DNA of 64,000 nt from an uncultured Christensenella sp. (lineage in GTDB: Bacteria > Bacillota > Clostridia > Christensenellales > UBA3700): the NCBI GenBank assembly GCA_949287655.1, contig CASEHD010000004.1, positions 55 through 64,054 of the forward strand, in the 5' to 3' direction. Made by a program: the position numbers and the translations under genes. Each line of letters opens with the position of its first letter. Position 1 is the stretch's first letter. This document shows positions 1 through 9,594 of the stretch, one piece after another. The notes beneath the pieces are model-generated. The model saw only the letters and a program-made list of their open reading frames with translations. It searched no databases and had not been told where the DNA came from.

Positions 1-42
1 ATATGCACCTCCAAAAGTGTCTAACTTTTGGGGTGCACATCA
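1..42 (-). mobile_element. Probable left terminal inverted repeat of an IS3-family (IS150-group) element running out of the window
   Basis: The minus strand from 42 reads TGATGTGCACCCCAAAAGTTAGACACTTTTGGAGGTGCATAT. It has a 5'-TG terminus, the TGCACCCCAAAAGTTAGAC core I recognise from IS150/IS861-like ends, an internal palindrome and a GGAGG RBS pointing off-window. The transposase is not visible. Confidence 0.6.
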
Positions 43-77
43 CTGACGAGCGCGTTTTCGTATGTCGTTTTTTCTTT

Positions 78-2453
78 TTACTTAGCCGCTTTCTTCGCGG
101 TATTGACGTAGCGCATTATCTCGCTTACGCCCGCGTACGTTTCAAAGCCGTCGGTGCCGGTCACGACCAGCGTCGGAGCCTGGCGGACGCCGTAGGTTTC
201 AACGAGTTTCGTGTTTTCTTCCGCAAGCAATTTTACGTAATTCACGCCGTTATCGGTCAAAAACTTTTCCGCTATCCTGCAGTTGGGGCAGGTCTTGGTC
301 GCGAACAGGGTCAGCTGAACGTCGCTTCCCGCGCTGCGGGTCTCCTTGCATTCCTCGACGGGCTTCATGCCTCTCTTGAGGGTGGAGTGCGCGATATCGT
401 AGACCTGTCTGTCCTTGAATTCCTGCGACTTGCCGTCGTTCCAGTTCTGGACGGGGCGGTAGTAGCCGGTGATACGGCTGTAAACTTCGGTCCTGCCGCC
501 GCATATCGGGCAGGTGTACTGCTCGCCGCTCAGATATCCGTGATCCTTGCATATCGAGTATGTCGGGGACAGCGTGTAGTAAGGAAGCTTGTAGTTGTCG
601 GCGATCTTTTTGACGAGAGCCGCCGCAGCCATCCAGTCGGGGAGCTTTTCGCCGAGGAACGCGTGGAACACGGTGCCGGAGGTGTACAGCGTCTGCAACT
701 CGTCCTGAATGTCGAGCGCGTCGAAGATATCAGACGTATAGCCGACGGGCAGGTGAGAGCTGTTGGTGTAGTACGGGGTGCCGTTCTCGTTCGCGGTGAT
801 GATGTCGGGGAACTGCTCCTTGTCGTGCTTAGCGAAACGGTAAGAGGTGGACTCTGCCGGCGTAGCTTCGAGGTTGTACAGGTCGCCGTATTCTTCCTGA
901 TAGTCGGACAGTCTTTCACGCATATGGTTGAGCACCTTCTTCGTGAATTCCTGTGCGGATTCGTAGGTCATATCCTTGCCGATCCAGTTCGCGTTGAGCG
1001 CGGCTTCGTTCATGCCGACGAGACCGATCGTCGAGAAGTGGTTTGCGAACGTGCCCAGGTAACGCTTGGTGTACGGGTACAGACCTTCGTCGAGAAGCTT
1101 GGTGATAACGGTACGCTTTGTCTTGAGCGAGCGCGCAGAGATATCCATAAGTCTGTCGAGACGTCTGAAGAAATCGTCCTCGTCTTTGGACAGGTAAGCG
1201 ATACGCGGCATATTGATGGTGACGACGCCGACAGAACCGGTAGATTCGCCGCTGCCGAAGTAACCGCCGGACTTCTTTCTCAGCTCTCTGAGGTCGAGGC
1301 GCAGTCTGCAGCACATGCTGCGGATGTCGCTGGGCTCCATATCCGAGTTGATGTAGTTGGAGAAATACGGGGTGCCGTACTTAGAGGTCATCTCGAACAG
1401 CAGCCTGTTGTTTTCGGTATCAGACCAGTCGAAATCGCGGGTGATGGAATAGGTCGGGATCGGGTACTGGAAGCCTCTGCCGTTCGCGTCGCCTTCTATC
1501 ATTACCTCGATGAACGCCTTGTTGACCATATCCATTTCCTTCTGGCAGTCCTTATATTTGAAGTCCTGCTCCTTGCCGCCGACGATAGCGGGGAGTTCCG
1601 CAAGGTCCTTGGGGACAACCCAGTCGAGAGTGATGTTGGAGAACGGAGCCTGCGTACCCCAACGCGACGGGGTGTTGACGCCGTAGATGAAAGATTCGAT
1701 GCACTTCTTGACCTGGTCGTAATTCAGATTGTCTTTCTTTACAAAAGGCGCAAGGTATGTGTCGAAAGAGGAGAAAGCCTGCGCGCCCGCCCATTCGTTC
1801 TGCATGATACCCAGGAAGTTGACCATCTGGTTGCAGAGGGTGGCGAGGTGGCTTGCCGGAGCGGAAGTGATCTTGCCGGGGATGCCGCCGAGACCTTCCT
1901 GTATAAGCTGTTTCAGAGACCAGCCCGCGCAGTAGCCGGTAAGCATGCTGAGGTCGTGGATATGGATCTCAGCATTTCTGTGCGCGTTGGCGATCTCGTC
2001 GTCGTATATCTCGCTCAGCCAGTAGTTCGCGGTGATGGCGCCGCTGTTGGAGAGAATAAGACCTCCGACGGAGTATGTCACGGTAGAGTTTTCCTTCACG
2101 CGCCAGTCGGTAGCTTTTACGTAGCTGTCGACGAGAGACTTGTAGTCGAGCATAGTCGACTTCATATTGCGGATCTTCTCTCTCTGACGTCTGTAGAGGA
2201 TGTAGGCTTTCGCAACGTCGGAATAGCCCGCCTGAATGAGCACGGACTCAACGCTGTCCTGTATGTCTTCGACGGCGATCTTACCGTCTTTTATCTTGGG
2301 CTCGAAATCAGCGGTGACTTTGAGCGCAAGCATGTCTATAACGCTGGGGTGATACTGCTTTTCTTTTGCTTCGAAAGCTTTGGTAACGGCTACTGCGATC
2401 TTTTTGATGTCGAATTCTGCGATCGTGCCGTCTCTTTTAATTACCTGATACAT
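78..2453 (-). CDS. nrdD: Anaerobic (class III) ribonucleoside-triphosphate reductase with N-terminal ATP cone and C-terminal glutaredoxin-like domain
   Basis: ATP cone (VIKRDG...AKAYILYR), SMCCRL thiyl loop, EATPAES, CxxH/CxxC zinc site, glycyl-radical motif SRITGYY and a C-terminal CPNC redoxin domain. Start moved to ATG 2453 after AAGGAG. Confidence 0.95.
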   Translation of the reverse strand: MYQVIKRDGTIAEFDIKKIAVAVTKAFEAKEKQYHPSVIDMLALKVTADFEPKIKDGKIAVEDIQDSVESVLIQAGYSDVAKAYILYRRQREKIRNMKSTMLDYKSLVDSYVKATDWRVKENSTVTYSVGGLILSNSGAITANYWLSEIYDDEIANAHRNAEIHIHDLSMLTGYCAGWSLKQLIQEGLGGIPGKITSAPASHLATLCNQMVNFLGIMQNEWAGAQAFSSFDTYLAPFVKKDNLNYDQVKKCIESFIYGVNTPSRWGTQAPFSNITLDWVVPKDLAELPAIVGGKEQDFKYKDCQKEMDMVNKAFIEVMIEGDANGRGFQYPIPTYSITRDFDWSDTENNRLLFEMTSKYGTPYFSNYINSDMEPSDIRSMCCRLRLDLRELRKKSGGYFGSGESTGSVGVVTINMPRIAYLSKDEDDFFRRLDRLMDISARSLKTKRTVITKLLDEGLYPYTKRYLGTFANHFSTIGLVGMNEAALNANWIGKDMTYESAQEFTKKVLNHMRERLSDYQEEYGDLYNLEATPAESTSYRFAKHDKEQFPDIITANENGTPYYTNSSHLPVGYTSDIFDALDIQDELQTLYTSGTVFHAFLGEKLPDWMAAAALVKKIADNYKLPYYTLSPTYSICKDHGYLSGEQYTCPICGGRTEVYSRITGYYRPVQNWNDGKSQEFKDRQVYDIAHSTLKRGMKPVEECKETRSAGSDVQLTLFATKTCPNCRIAEKFLTDNGVNYVKLLAEENTKLVETYGVRQAPTLVVTGTDGFETYAGVSEIMRYVNTAKKAAK

Positions 2454-2497
2454 AGTTTCTCCTTCTTTTTTGGCGGATCTTTCCGCGTGCAAGAATC

Positions 2498-2526
2498 ATT
2501 ATAGCATCGCAATTCGCCCGTGTCAA
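2498..2526 (-). promoter_or_regulatory. Sigma-A promoter of nrdD
   Basis: Minus strand TTGACA-N17-TATAAT with an extended -10 TG. Confidence 0.8.
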
Positions 2527-2569
2527 TATATTGTGGCAACATTTTTTAAAAAAACACAACATATTGTGG
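2521..2569 (-). promoter_or_regulatory. Tandem NrdR boxes
   Basis: Minus-strand CCACAATATGTTGTGT (2554-2569) and CCACAATATATTGACA (2521-2536, overlapping the -35), 33 bp apart. Both match the NrdR consensus acaCwAtATaTwGtgt. Confidence 0.85.
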
Positions 2570-2706
2570 TTTTTGCGGTCGGGAGCCAAAAATGCAAGAT
2601 TTGCGGAAGGGGGCAAAAACGGGGTCAAACGCGCTGATTTTCCGATATAAGGGCGGTTCCGGGCAAAAAAACCGCCGTCGCGGATCGCGAAGGCGGAAGG
2701 GCAGGG

Positions 2707-2722
2707 ACACTATATATTGTGT
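2707..2722. promoter_or_regulatory. Third, distal NrdR box
   Basis: ACACTATATATTGTGT is a full match to the NrdR consensus, just downstream of the nrdG stop. Confidence 0.7.
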
Positions 2723-2732
2723 TTTTCCGCTT

Positions 2733-3419
2733 TCAGTTTTCTCCTCTGATCCTTACCGAAGGCACCAGCGGGCGCATAAGGTCGACGAAGCCGCTCAGCT
2801 TTTCGTCTGAGCAGGGAGACAGATTGCCGAAGCGCACCGCGTCGCTGTCCTTGAAGTTCTGGAGGAAATAGCGTTTCGCGCCCTTTATCCATTCAGCGAG
2901 CTCCAGCATACCTCTGCCGTCGTGCAGTTCGTCGACGACGGTCGTGCGCAATTCATAATCTATATTATCTGAAAGAAGAAAACTTACGCTTTCTCTTATC
3001 TTATCCATATCGACGGGACAGCCCGCGGTCGCCGCATAGCGGGACGGGCAGTTCTTGACGTCCATCGCGACGGTGTCGATAAGCTTTTTCTCCGCAAGCG
3101 ATTCAAGTCTGTCGGGGTAAGAGCCGTTGGTATCCAGCTTTACCGAATAGCCGATATCCTTGATCTCCTTTAAAAGATCTTCCGTATCCGCGTTGACGAG
3201 AGGTTCGCCGCCCGTAATACATACGCCGTCCAGCACTCCTTTGCGCTTTTTGAGAAAGTTTATCAGATAGTCTTTGGATATATCCTCTCCCTTTCCGGTG
3301 ATTATCTCCCAGTTCTGACAGAACGGGCAACAGAAGTTGCAGCCCGCAAGGAATACCGTGCACGCCACCTTTCCGGGGTAGTCGAGAAGAGTCGTTTTCT
3401 GAAGTCCCGCAATAACCAT
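2733..3419 (-). CDS. nrdG: Anaerobic ribonucleotide reductase activating protein (radical SAM)
   Basis: GCNFCCPFCQN CxxxCxxC motif, ITGGEP, KLDTNGS, adjacent to nrdD. Start MVIAGLQK at 3419 after AGGAG. Confidence 0.9.
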   Translation of the reverse strand: MVIAGLQKTTLLDYPGKVACTVFLAGCNFCCPFCQNWEIITGKGEDISKDYLINFLKKRKGVLDGVCITGGEPLVNADTEDLLKEIKDIGYSVKLDTNGSYPDRLESLAEKKLIDTVAMDVKNCPSRYAATAGCPVDMDKIRESVSFLLSDNIDYELRTTVVDELHDGRGMLELAEWIKGAKRYFLQNFKDSDAVRFGNLSPCSDEKLSGFVDLMRPLVPSVRIRGEN

Positions 3420-3620
3420 ATCAGTCTCCTTTGTGCAATCTATTATACACCGTTTTCGCCGGAACGGAAACGTTTTTGAGAATAAAAATTTGCGCGTATA
3501 TAAAATCCGTAATATTGCCGTCGGGATCAGAGAAAAAAGAAGGGGCGCAGAGGCATGTCCGCGCAAAAGAAAAGTCCGCGGGGAAAGATATAGCGGACGA
3601 TAGGAGGCGAAGACAGGCTT

Positions 3621-3650
3621 AAAAAAAGCGGGCGCCGGTCGCGCCCGCTT
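3621..3650 (-). terminator. Intrinsic terminator after the AraC gene
   Basis: AAGCGGGCGC/GCGCCCGCTT stem followed by a T run on the minus strand. Confidence 0.75.
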
Positions 3651-3664
3651 GTGTTAAGGCTTTG

Positions 3665-4432
3665 TCAGTCGCTGTTGTACTTTTCCGTCCTCGGGATCTG
3701 CGTGTATTCTTTCGGGCTTACGCCGGTGACCTTTTTGAATACTCTCGAAAAATACAGCTGATCGCTGAAACCGCACATCTCGGCTATCTCGTATATTTTA
3801 TAGTTGTTTATATTCTTACTCAAAAGAAGCTTCTGCGCGAAACCTATGCGGGTCACGTTCAGGAACTGAAGAGGAGAGATCCCCTTTTCCTTTATGAATT
3901 GCCTGCGGATATAGTCCTTGCTGAGAGGGAAGGTCGCGTATACGTCGTCGAGGGAGAAATTGGGGTCGGAGAAATTCTCTATTATGCTGTTCGCTATCAT
4001 CTCAACGTGCTGAGAGCAGTTGTCGCTGCCGGCAAAACCGGAGATTATGTTGAGTATGAGTTCCGTGAATGAAAGTATGATGTTCGCCTGGTTGGGCACT
4101 TCTGAATTGAAGTAACGGTAGCACAGCGTAAGCACGTTGAAGATATCCTTCTGCGGGTTGTCGCTGAGCAGTATCGCCTTTTTGAAAGAGGGCGTCCAGT
4201 TCGCGACCGTAAGGTATATATTCTTGAATCCCATTTTGGAGTCGTTGGTGTGCAGGGTATGCGGGGGAATGATGACCACCTGGTTCCTGGAATATTCGAT
4301 CGCGTCGCTTCCGTCGAAGAAAGTTATCGTGCCGTCTCCGTTGGTGCAGTATATGATCTCCCAGTAATCGTGCTGGTGCTGAGAGACGTGAAAGGTCTTC
4401 ATATTCTTTCCTATGTAGTTGATAATCGGCAT
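3665..4432 (-). CDS. AraC-family transcriptional regulator with N-terminal cupin domain
   Basis: HQHDYWEIIY cupin motif and a C-terminal double HTH (IYEIAEMCGFSDQLYFSRVFKKVTGVSP). Divergent from the uronate operon. Confidence 0.92.
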   Translation of the reverse strand: MPIINYIGKNMKTFHVSQHQHDYWEIIYCTNGDGTITFFDGSDAIEYSRNQVVIIPPHTLHTNDSKMGFKNIYLTVANWTPSFKKAILLSDNPQKDIFNVLTLCYRYFNSEVPNQANIILSFTELILNIISGFAGSDNCSQHVEMIANSIIENFSDPNFSLDDVYATFPLSKDYIRRQFIKEKGISPLQFLNVTRIGFAQKLLLSKNINNYKIYEIAEMCGFSDQLYFSRVFKKVTGVSPKEYTQIPRTEKYNSD

Positions 4433-4500
4433 AAATCCACCTCCGAGTATTATTTTAACTCATTTAACCTATTTTGTCCATAATTTTTTTACAATTTGCC

Positions 4501-4529
4501 TTGAAAATTTTTTCTTGTTATTTTATAAT
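4501..4529 (+). promoter_or_regulatory. Sigma-A promoter of the uronate/glycoside operon
   Basis: TTGAAA-N17-TATAAT upstream of eda. Confidence 0.7.
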
Positions 4530-4605
4530 ATACATAACGGGCGTATCGCGCCCGTACGAACGACGGTCAGGGCGGACGTTTCCGTCTGCCGTCGGAGGAG
4601 TGACA

Positions 4606-5247
4606 ATGAATAAAAACGAAGTGTTTTCCGGCATCAGGAAAGAAGGCGTAGTCGTCGTCATCAGAGGCGACAGCGTTGAGCAGGCGCTGAAAACGGTCGA
4701 CGCATGCTACAAGGGCGGCATCAGGTTTATAGAGGTAACGTTCACCGTTCCCCACGCGGACGTGATAATATCCACGCTCTGCGACAAATATAAGGGTACC
4801 GACATGGTCGTCGGCGCGGGCACCGTGCTCGACCCGGAGACCGCCAGGGCGGCTATCCTTGCCGGCGCTCAGTTTATATTCAGCCCCAGTTTCAGCGAAG
4901 AGACGATTAAACTCTGCAACCGCTATGCGATCGCGGTCGTCCCCGGCGTGTTCTCGCCGACGGAAGCGGTAAAGGCTCTTGAACTGGGTGCGGATTTCGT
5001 AAAACTTTTCCCGGGCGACGTGGCGACTCCCGCGGGGCTCAAAGCCCTGAAAGGTCCTCTTCCGCAGCTCAACATCATGCCCACGGGAGGCGTGAGCCTC
5101 GCGAACGCGGAGGATTGGTTCAAAGCGGGCGCGGTTGCGGTCGGCGCGGGCTCTTTCGTTACGAAGGGCGCGAAGAAAGGCGACTACGACGAGGTAGAGA
5201 AGACGGCGAGAGAGCTGGTAGAAAAAGTAAGGAATTTAAAGAAATAA
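4606..5247 (+). CDS. eda: KDPG/KHG aldolase
   Basis: IEVTF, GAGTVLD, VKLFPG (Schiff-base Lys), MPTGGVS. ATG 4606 follows GGAGGAG. Confidence 0.92.
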   Translation: MNKNEVFSGIRKEGVVVVIRGDSVEQALKTVDACYKGGIRFIEVTFTVPHADVIISTLCDKYKGTDMVVGAGTVLDPETARAAILAGAQFIFSPSFSEETIKLCNRYAIAVVPGVFSPTEAVKALELGADFVKLFPGDVATPAGLKALKGPLPQLNIMPTGGVSLANAEDWFKAGAVAVGAGSFVTKGAKKGDYDEVEKTARELVEKVRNLKK

Positions 5248-5260
5248 GAGAGGCGTATAT

Positions 5261-6283
5261 ATGAGTATTCTGACTGTCGGAGAGATCATGCTCAGACTTC
5301 AGCCGTTCGGCTATAAAAGGTTCGCGCAGGCGGACGCATATGAGGCGGTTTACGGCGGCGGCGAGGCAAACGTCGCGGTGTCGCTCGCTCAGTTCGGCGA
5401 GGACGTCGCTTTCTTCACTAAGCTTCCCTCCAACGCCATCGCGGACAGGTGCGTGGGAGAGCTGAGAAGATACGGCGTGGATACGAAAAAGATCGTCCGC
5501 GGCGGCGAAAGAATGGGCGTTTATTTTTGCGAAAAGGGATGTTCCCAGCGCCCGAGCAACGTGATTTACGACAGGGCGCACAGCGCGATCAGCGAGATCG
5601 AGCAGGAGGACGTAGACGTCGACAAGTTGCTCGACGGCGTAGAGTGGCTGCACTGGACGGGCATCACCCCCGCGATATCGGATAAGACCGCAAAGGTCCT
5701 TGCGATAATACTCAAGGCGGCGAAACAAAAGAATATCACCGTTTCGTGCGACCTCAATTTCCGCAAAAAGCTCTGGAGCAAGGAAAAGGCGAACAAGGTG
5801 ATGACAGAACTCGTAAAGACGGTCGACGTGCTGATAAGCAACGAAGAGGACTGCAAGGACGTGTTCGGCATAGAAGCTGACGACAGTAACATAAGCGGAG
5901 GAAAGATAAGCAAAGAGGGCTATGCGGCTCTCGGCGCGAAAGTGCTCGCAAAATTCCCCGCGCTTAAAGGCGTCGCGTTCACACTGAGAGAGAGTTACAG
6001 CGCGAGCCGCAACGGCTGGTCGGCAATATATGTCACGAGAGACGGCGTCTATTCGAGCAAGCATTACGATATCGACATCGTCGACAGGGTCGGCGGCGGC
6101 GACAGTTTCGGCGCGGGTCTTATATACGGGCTCAAAAACGGCATGGGCGAACAGGCGGCTCTCGAATTTGCGGTCGCGGCGTCCTGCCTAAAACATACGG
6201 TCGAGGGCGATTTTAACGTCGTTTCGGTCGCAGAGGTAAAGAAACTCGCGGAGGGCGACGGCAGTGGTAGAGTACAGAGATAA
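5261..6283 (+). CDS. kdgK: 2-dehydro-3-deoxygluconokinase (PfkB family)
   Basis: GEIMLRL, GGGEANVA, DLNFR..LW, DRVGGGDSF, plus operon context. Confidence 0.9.
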   Translation: MSILTVGEIMLRLQPFGYKRFAQADAYEAVYGGGEANVAVSLAQFGEDVAFFTKLPSNAIADRCVGELRRYGVDTKKIVRGGERMGVYFCEKGCSQRPSNVIYDRAHSAISEIEQEDVDVDKLLDGVEWLHWTGITPAISDKTAKVLAIILKAAKQKNITVSCDLNFRKKLWSKEKANKVMTELVKTVDVLISNEEDCKDVFGIEADDSNISGGKISKEGYAALGAKVLAKFPALKGVAFTLRESYSASRNGWSAIYVTRDGVYSSKHYDIDIVDRVGGGDSFGAGLIYGLKNGMGEQAALEFAVAASCLKHTVEGDFNVVSVAEVKKLAEGDGSGRVQR

Positions 6284-7631
6284 CGTGATAAAGCTCCTCG
6301 GCAGCAAGCGCGCGGAAGAAATATACGCGGAGGTAAAGGACCTGCCGATAATAGACTATCATTGTCATCTTTCCCCAAGGGAGATATATGAGGACAGACC
6401 GTTTGAGGATATCGGCGAGATATGGCTGGCTGGCGACCACTACAAGTGGAGGCTTATGCGCGGCTACGGCGTGGACGAAAAGTATATCACCGGCAACGCT
6501 TCGTGGAAAGAAAAGTTTGAAAAGTTCGCCGAAGCGGTCGGTTATGCGCTCGGCAACCCGGTCAAGGACTGGGTCGCGGCGGAACTCATGTTTTTCTTCG
6601 GCATAACGACCCCGCTCAATAAAGATACTGCGAAAGAGATAAGAGAAAAGGCGAACGCGGTTATAAAGGAAAAGAAGATATCCCCGCGCAAGCTGATAGA
6701 GGCGGCGAATGTGGAATATATCGCGACCACAGACGATCCGTGCGACAGCCTGGAATGGCACGACCTTATCGCAAAAGAAGGCAAGCTTTCCGCAAAGGTC
6801 GCCCCGACATTCAGAACGGACAATCTGGTATCCGTGGAAAAGGCGGATTATAAGAATTATATCGCAAAGCTCGAAAAAGCGAGCGGAGTAGAAATAAAAG
6901 ACCTCGGCGGTTTCGAAAGCGCGATAAACGAAAGGCTGGATTTCTTCGTCAGCCGCGGTTGCAGATTTTCCGATATCGGCGTGGCGGGCTTCCCCAAAAC
7001 GGTCGCGGAAAGGAAAGACGCGGCAGAGACCTTCAAGAAGATACTTGAAGGAAGCGCGACGGCTTACGAGGAAGACGCTTTTAAGGGATATCTTTACGTA
7101 TATCTTGCCAACGAGTACAAAAAGCGCGGGATAACGATGCAGATGCACCTTGCCGTGACCCGCAACTCCAATAGCGCGATGTTCGAAAAGTGCGGAGCGG
7201 ACAGCGGCTTCGACTGTGTGGGCGACGCGATAGATACGGTCACTCTTACGAGGGTTATCGACGCGATGAATATGAGAGAAGGTCTGCCCGAAACGATAAT
7301 ATATACGCTCAATCCGTCGATGTATTACACGCTTATCACGATGATCGGCGCGTTCAGGGGCGTGCACCTCGGCGTAAGCTGGTGGTTCTGCGACCACAAG
7401 CGCGGTATGAGAGAGACTTTCGACAGGCTTTCTGAATTGGGACACATATGCTCTATGGTCGGAATGCTTACAGACAGCAGAAGCTTTTTGTCCTATACGA
7501 GACACGACTATTACAGACAGTGCCTTTGCGATTTTCTCGCGGACAATTCGTCCGAAAGAGACGGCGACGCGCCGACGGAGGTCGCGAAGAAGCTGTGTTA
7601 TTATAATGCTAAGAAACTGACGGAGGAATAA
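6264..7631 (+). CDS. uxaC: Uronate (glucuronate) isomerase
   Basis: PIIDYHCHL, GDHYKWRLMR, TTDDP, WWFCDH, GMLTDSRSFLSY.RHDYYR. Confidence 0.93.
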   Translation: MVEYRDNVIKLLGSKRAEEIYAEVKDLPIIDYHCHLSPREIYEDRPFEDIGEIWLAGDHYKWRLMRGYGVDEKYITGNASWKEKFEKFAEAVGYALGNPVKDWVAAELMFFFGITTPLNKDTAKEIREKANAVIKEKKISPRKLIEAANVEYIATTDDPCDSLEWHDLIAKEGKLSAKVAPTFRTDNLVSVEKADYKNYIAKLEKASGVEIKDLGGFESAINERLDFFVSRGCRFSDIGVAGFPKTVAERKDAAETFKKILEGSATAYEEDAFKGYLYVYLANEYKKRGITMQMHLAVTRNSNSAMFEKCGADSGFDCVGDAIDTVTLTRVIDAMNMREGLPETIIYTLNPSMYYTLITMIGAFRGVHLGVSWWFCDHKRGMRETFDRLSELGHICSMVGMLTDSRSFLSYTRHDYYRQCLCDFLADNSSERDGDAPTEVAKKLCYYNAKKLTEE

Positions 7632-7633
7632 TT

Positions 7634-8686
7634 ATGGCATTCAGAATGACTTTCAGATGGTACGGCGAGAACGACAAGGTCACCCTCGACGATATCAGAC
7701 AGATACCGTGCGTGCAAGGCGTCGTTTCGGCTGTCTACGACGTTCCTGTCGGGGAGGTATGGCCCGAAGAGAATATCGCCAGGCTCAAGAAACTCGCCAA
7801 CGACAAGGGACTTACCTTCGAGGTCGTCGAAAGCGTACCCGTGCATGAGGATATAAAACTCGGCAACGCGAATGCGGCGAGGTTTATCGAAAATTACAAA
7901 GAGAACGTCAGAAGGCTGGGCAAGGCAGGCGTAAAGTGCATATGCTACAACTTTATGCCCGTGTTCGACTGGCTGAGGAGCAACCTCGCGAAAGAACTTC
8001 CGGACGGCTCCAACGCGCTCGCTTACGATCATAAGACCGTACTTGCGATGAATCCGCTGACCAGCGAACTTTCGCTGCCGGGCTGGGACGCGAGTTATAC
8101 CAGAGAGGGGCTCAAAGAGCTTCTTGAACAGTACAAGGATATCGACGACGAAAAGCTGTGGCAGAATATGACCGTGTTCCTAAAAGAGGTCGTTCCGGTC
8201 GCGGAGGAGAGCGGCGTCAGGATGGCGATCCACCCCGACGATCCGCCGTGGGGAATATTCGGACTGCCCAGAATAATCATCGACGAAAAGAATCTGAAGA
8301 GATTTTTGTCCGTCGTCGACAGCCCGAGCAACGGCATAACGCTTTGCACGGGGTCTCTCGGAGTAAATCCGAAAAACAACCTCGTTTCCATGATAAAGAC
8401 CTGCAAGGGCAGAATGCCTTTCGTGCACCTCAGGAACATAAAGATAACCGGCGACCATTGCTTTGAAGAGAGCGGTCACCTCAGCGAAAAGGGAAGCCTG
8501 GACATGTACGACATCATCAAAGCGCTGTACGACGGAGGATTCGACGGTTACGTACGTCCCGACCACGGCAGAATGATCTGGGGCGAGACGGGCAGAGCGG
8601 GTTACGGTCTGTACGACCGCGCGCTCGGCGCAATGTATCTGCAGGGCATCATCGAAGCGGTCGAAAAGAACGCGGAGAAAAAGTAA
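7634..8686 (+). CDS. uxuA: Mannonate dehydratase
   Basis: MTFRWYG, ESVPVHEDIK, CYNFMPVFDW, HPDDPP, RPDHGRMIW, GYGLYDRALG. Confidence 0.96.
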   Translation: MAFRMTFRWYGENDKVTLDDIRQIPCVQGVVSAVYDVPVGEVWPEENIARLKKLANDKGLTFEVVESVPVHEDIKLGNANAARFIENYKENVRRLGKAGVKCICYNFMPVFDWLRSNLAKELPDGSNALAYDHKTVLAMNPLTSELSLPGWDASYTREGLKELLEQYKDIDDEKLWQNMTVFLKEVVPVAEESGVRMAIHPDDPPWGIFGLPRIIIDEKNLKRFLSVVDSPSNGITLCTGSLGVNPKNNLVSMIKTCKGRMPFVHLRNIKITGDHCFEESGHLSEKGSLDMYDIIKALYDGGFDGYVRPDHGRMIWGETGRAGYGLYDRALGAMYLQGIIEAVEKNAEKK

Positions 8687-8738
8687 TATATCTTACAAAT
8701 ATTAAGAATCAATATAATATAAGGAAGGAGAAAAGATT

Positions 8739-9572
8739 ATGTCGGTCTACAAGGATAAAGTGGTAGTCATCACCGGCGCGGGCGGTATCCTGTGCAGTGA
8801 GATCGCAAAGGAATACGCAAAATACGGCGCTAAGATAGCCGTGCTCGACCTCAACCTCGAAGCGGCTGAAAAGGTCGCTGACGAGATAGTAAAGGGCGGC
8901 GGCGTCGCCAAGGCGTACAAGGTCAACTGCCTCGATAAGGAAAATATGGAAGAGGCGAGAGTCGAGATCAACAAAGATCTCGGCAAATGCGACCTTCTCG
9001 TGAACGGCGCGGGCGGTAACAATCCCAAGGGCACTACGACCAACGACTATTTCGATATGGCGGACGTTGAAAACCCCGACGTAAAGAGCTTCTTCGACCT
9101 CGACGGCAGCGGCGTGGATTTCGTGTTCAAGCTCAACTTCCTCGCGACCTTCCTTACGACCCAGGTCTTTGCGAAAGACATGGTGGAAAGAGGAGGCAAC
9201 ATCATCAACATTTCGTCGATGAACGCGTTCAGACCTCTTACCAGAATACCCGCGTACAGCGGCGCGAAAGCTGCGGTCAGCAATTTCACGCAGTGGCTCG
9301 CGGTGCACTTTGCGAAGGCGGGTATAAGAGTAAACGCGATCGCTCCCGGTTTCTTCGTCACCAATCAGAACAGAGCGCTTCTGTTCAATCCCGACGGCAC
9401 TCCGTCGGCGCGTGCGGAAAAGATACTGCGCGGCACTCCGATGGGCAGATTCGGCGAGGCGAAAGAGCTGATGGGCACGATGCTCTGGCTCGCGGACGAC
9501 GAAAAGGCGGGCTTCGTTACCGGCATAGTCGTTCCGATCGACGGCGGTTTCTCCGCTTATTCGGGAGTCTGA
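8739..9572 (+). CDS. SDR-family D-mannonate oxidoreductase (UxuB-like, Bacillota type)
   Basis: TGAGGILC Rossmann motif, NGAGGNNP, YSGAK catalytic motif, DGGFSAYSGV end; follows uxuA. Confidence 0.85.
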   Translation: MSVYKDKVVVITGAGGILCSEIAKEYAKYGAKIAVLDLNLEAAEKVADEIVKGGGVAKAYKVNCLDKENMEEARVEINKDLGKCDLLVNGAGGNNPKGTTTNDYFDMADVENPDVKSFFDLDGSGVDFVFKLNFLATFLTTQVFAKDMVERGGNIINISSMNAFRPLTRIPAYSGAKAAVSNFTQWLAVHFAKAGIRVNAIAPGFFVTNQNRALLFNPDGTPSARAEKILRGTPMGRFGEAKELMGTMLWLADDEKAGFVTGIVVPIDGGFSAYSGV

Positions 9573-9594
9573 TAAAGGGAGATGTAAAGGGATT

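Noticed and set aside
3-2504. 833-aa plus-strand ORF
   Set aside because: It is the antisense shadow of nrdD and has no recognisable motifs. Biased codon usage in the real gene leaves few stops on the opposite strand.
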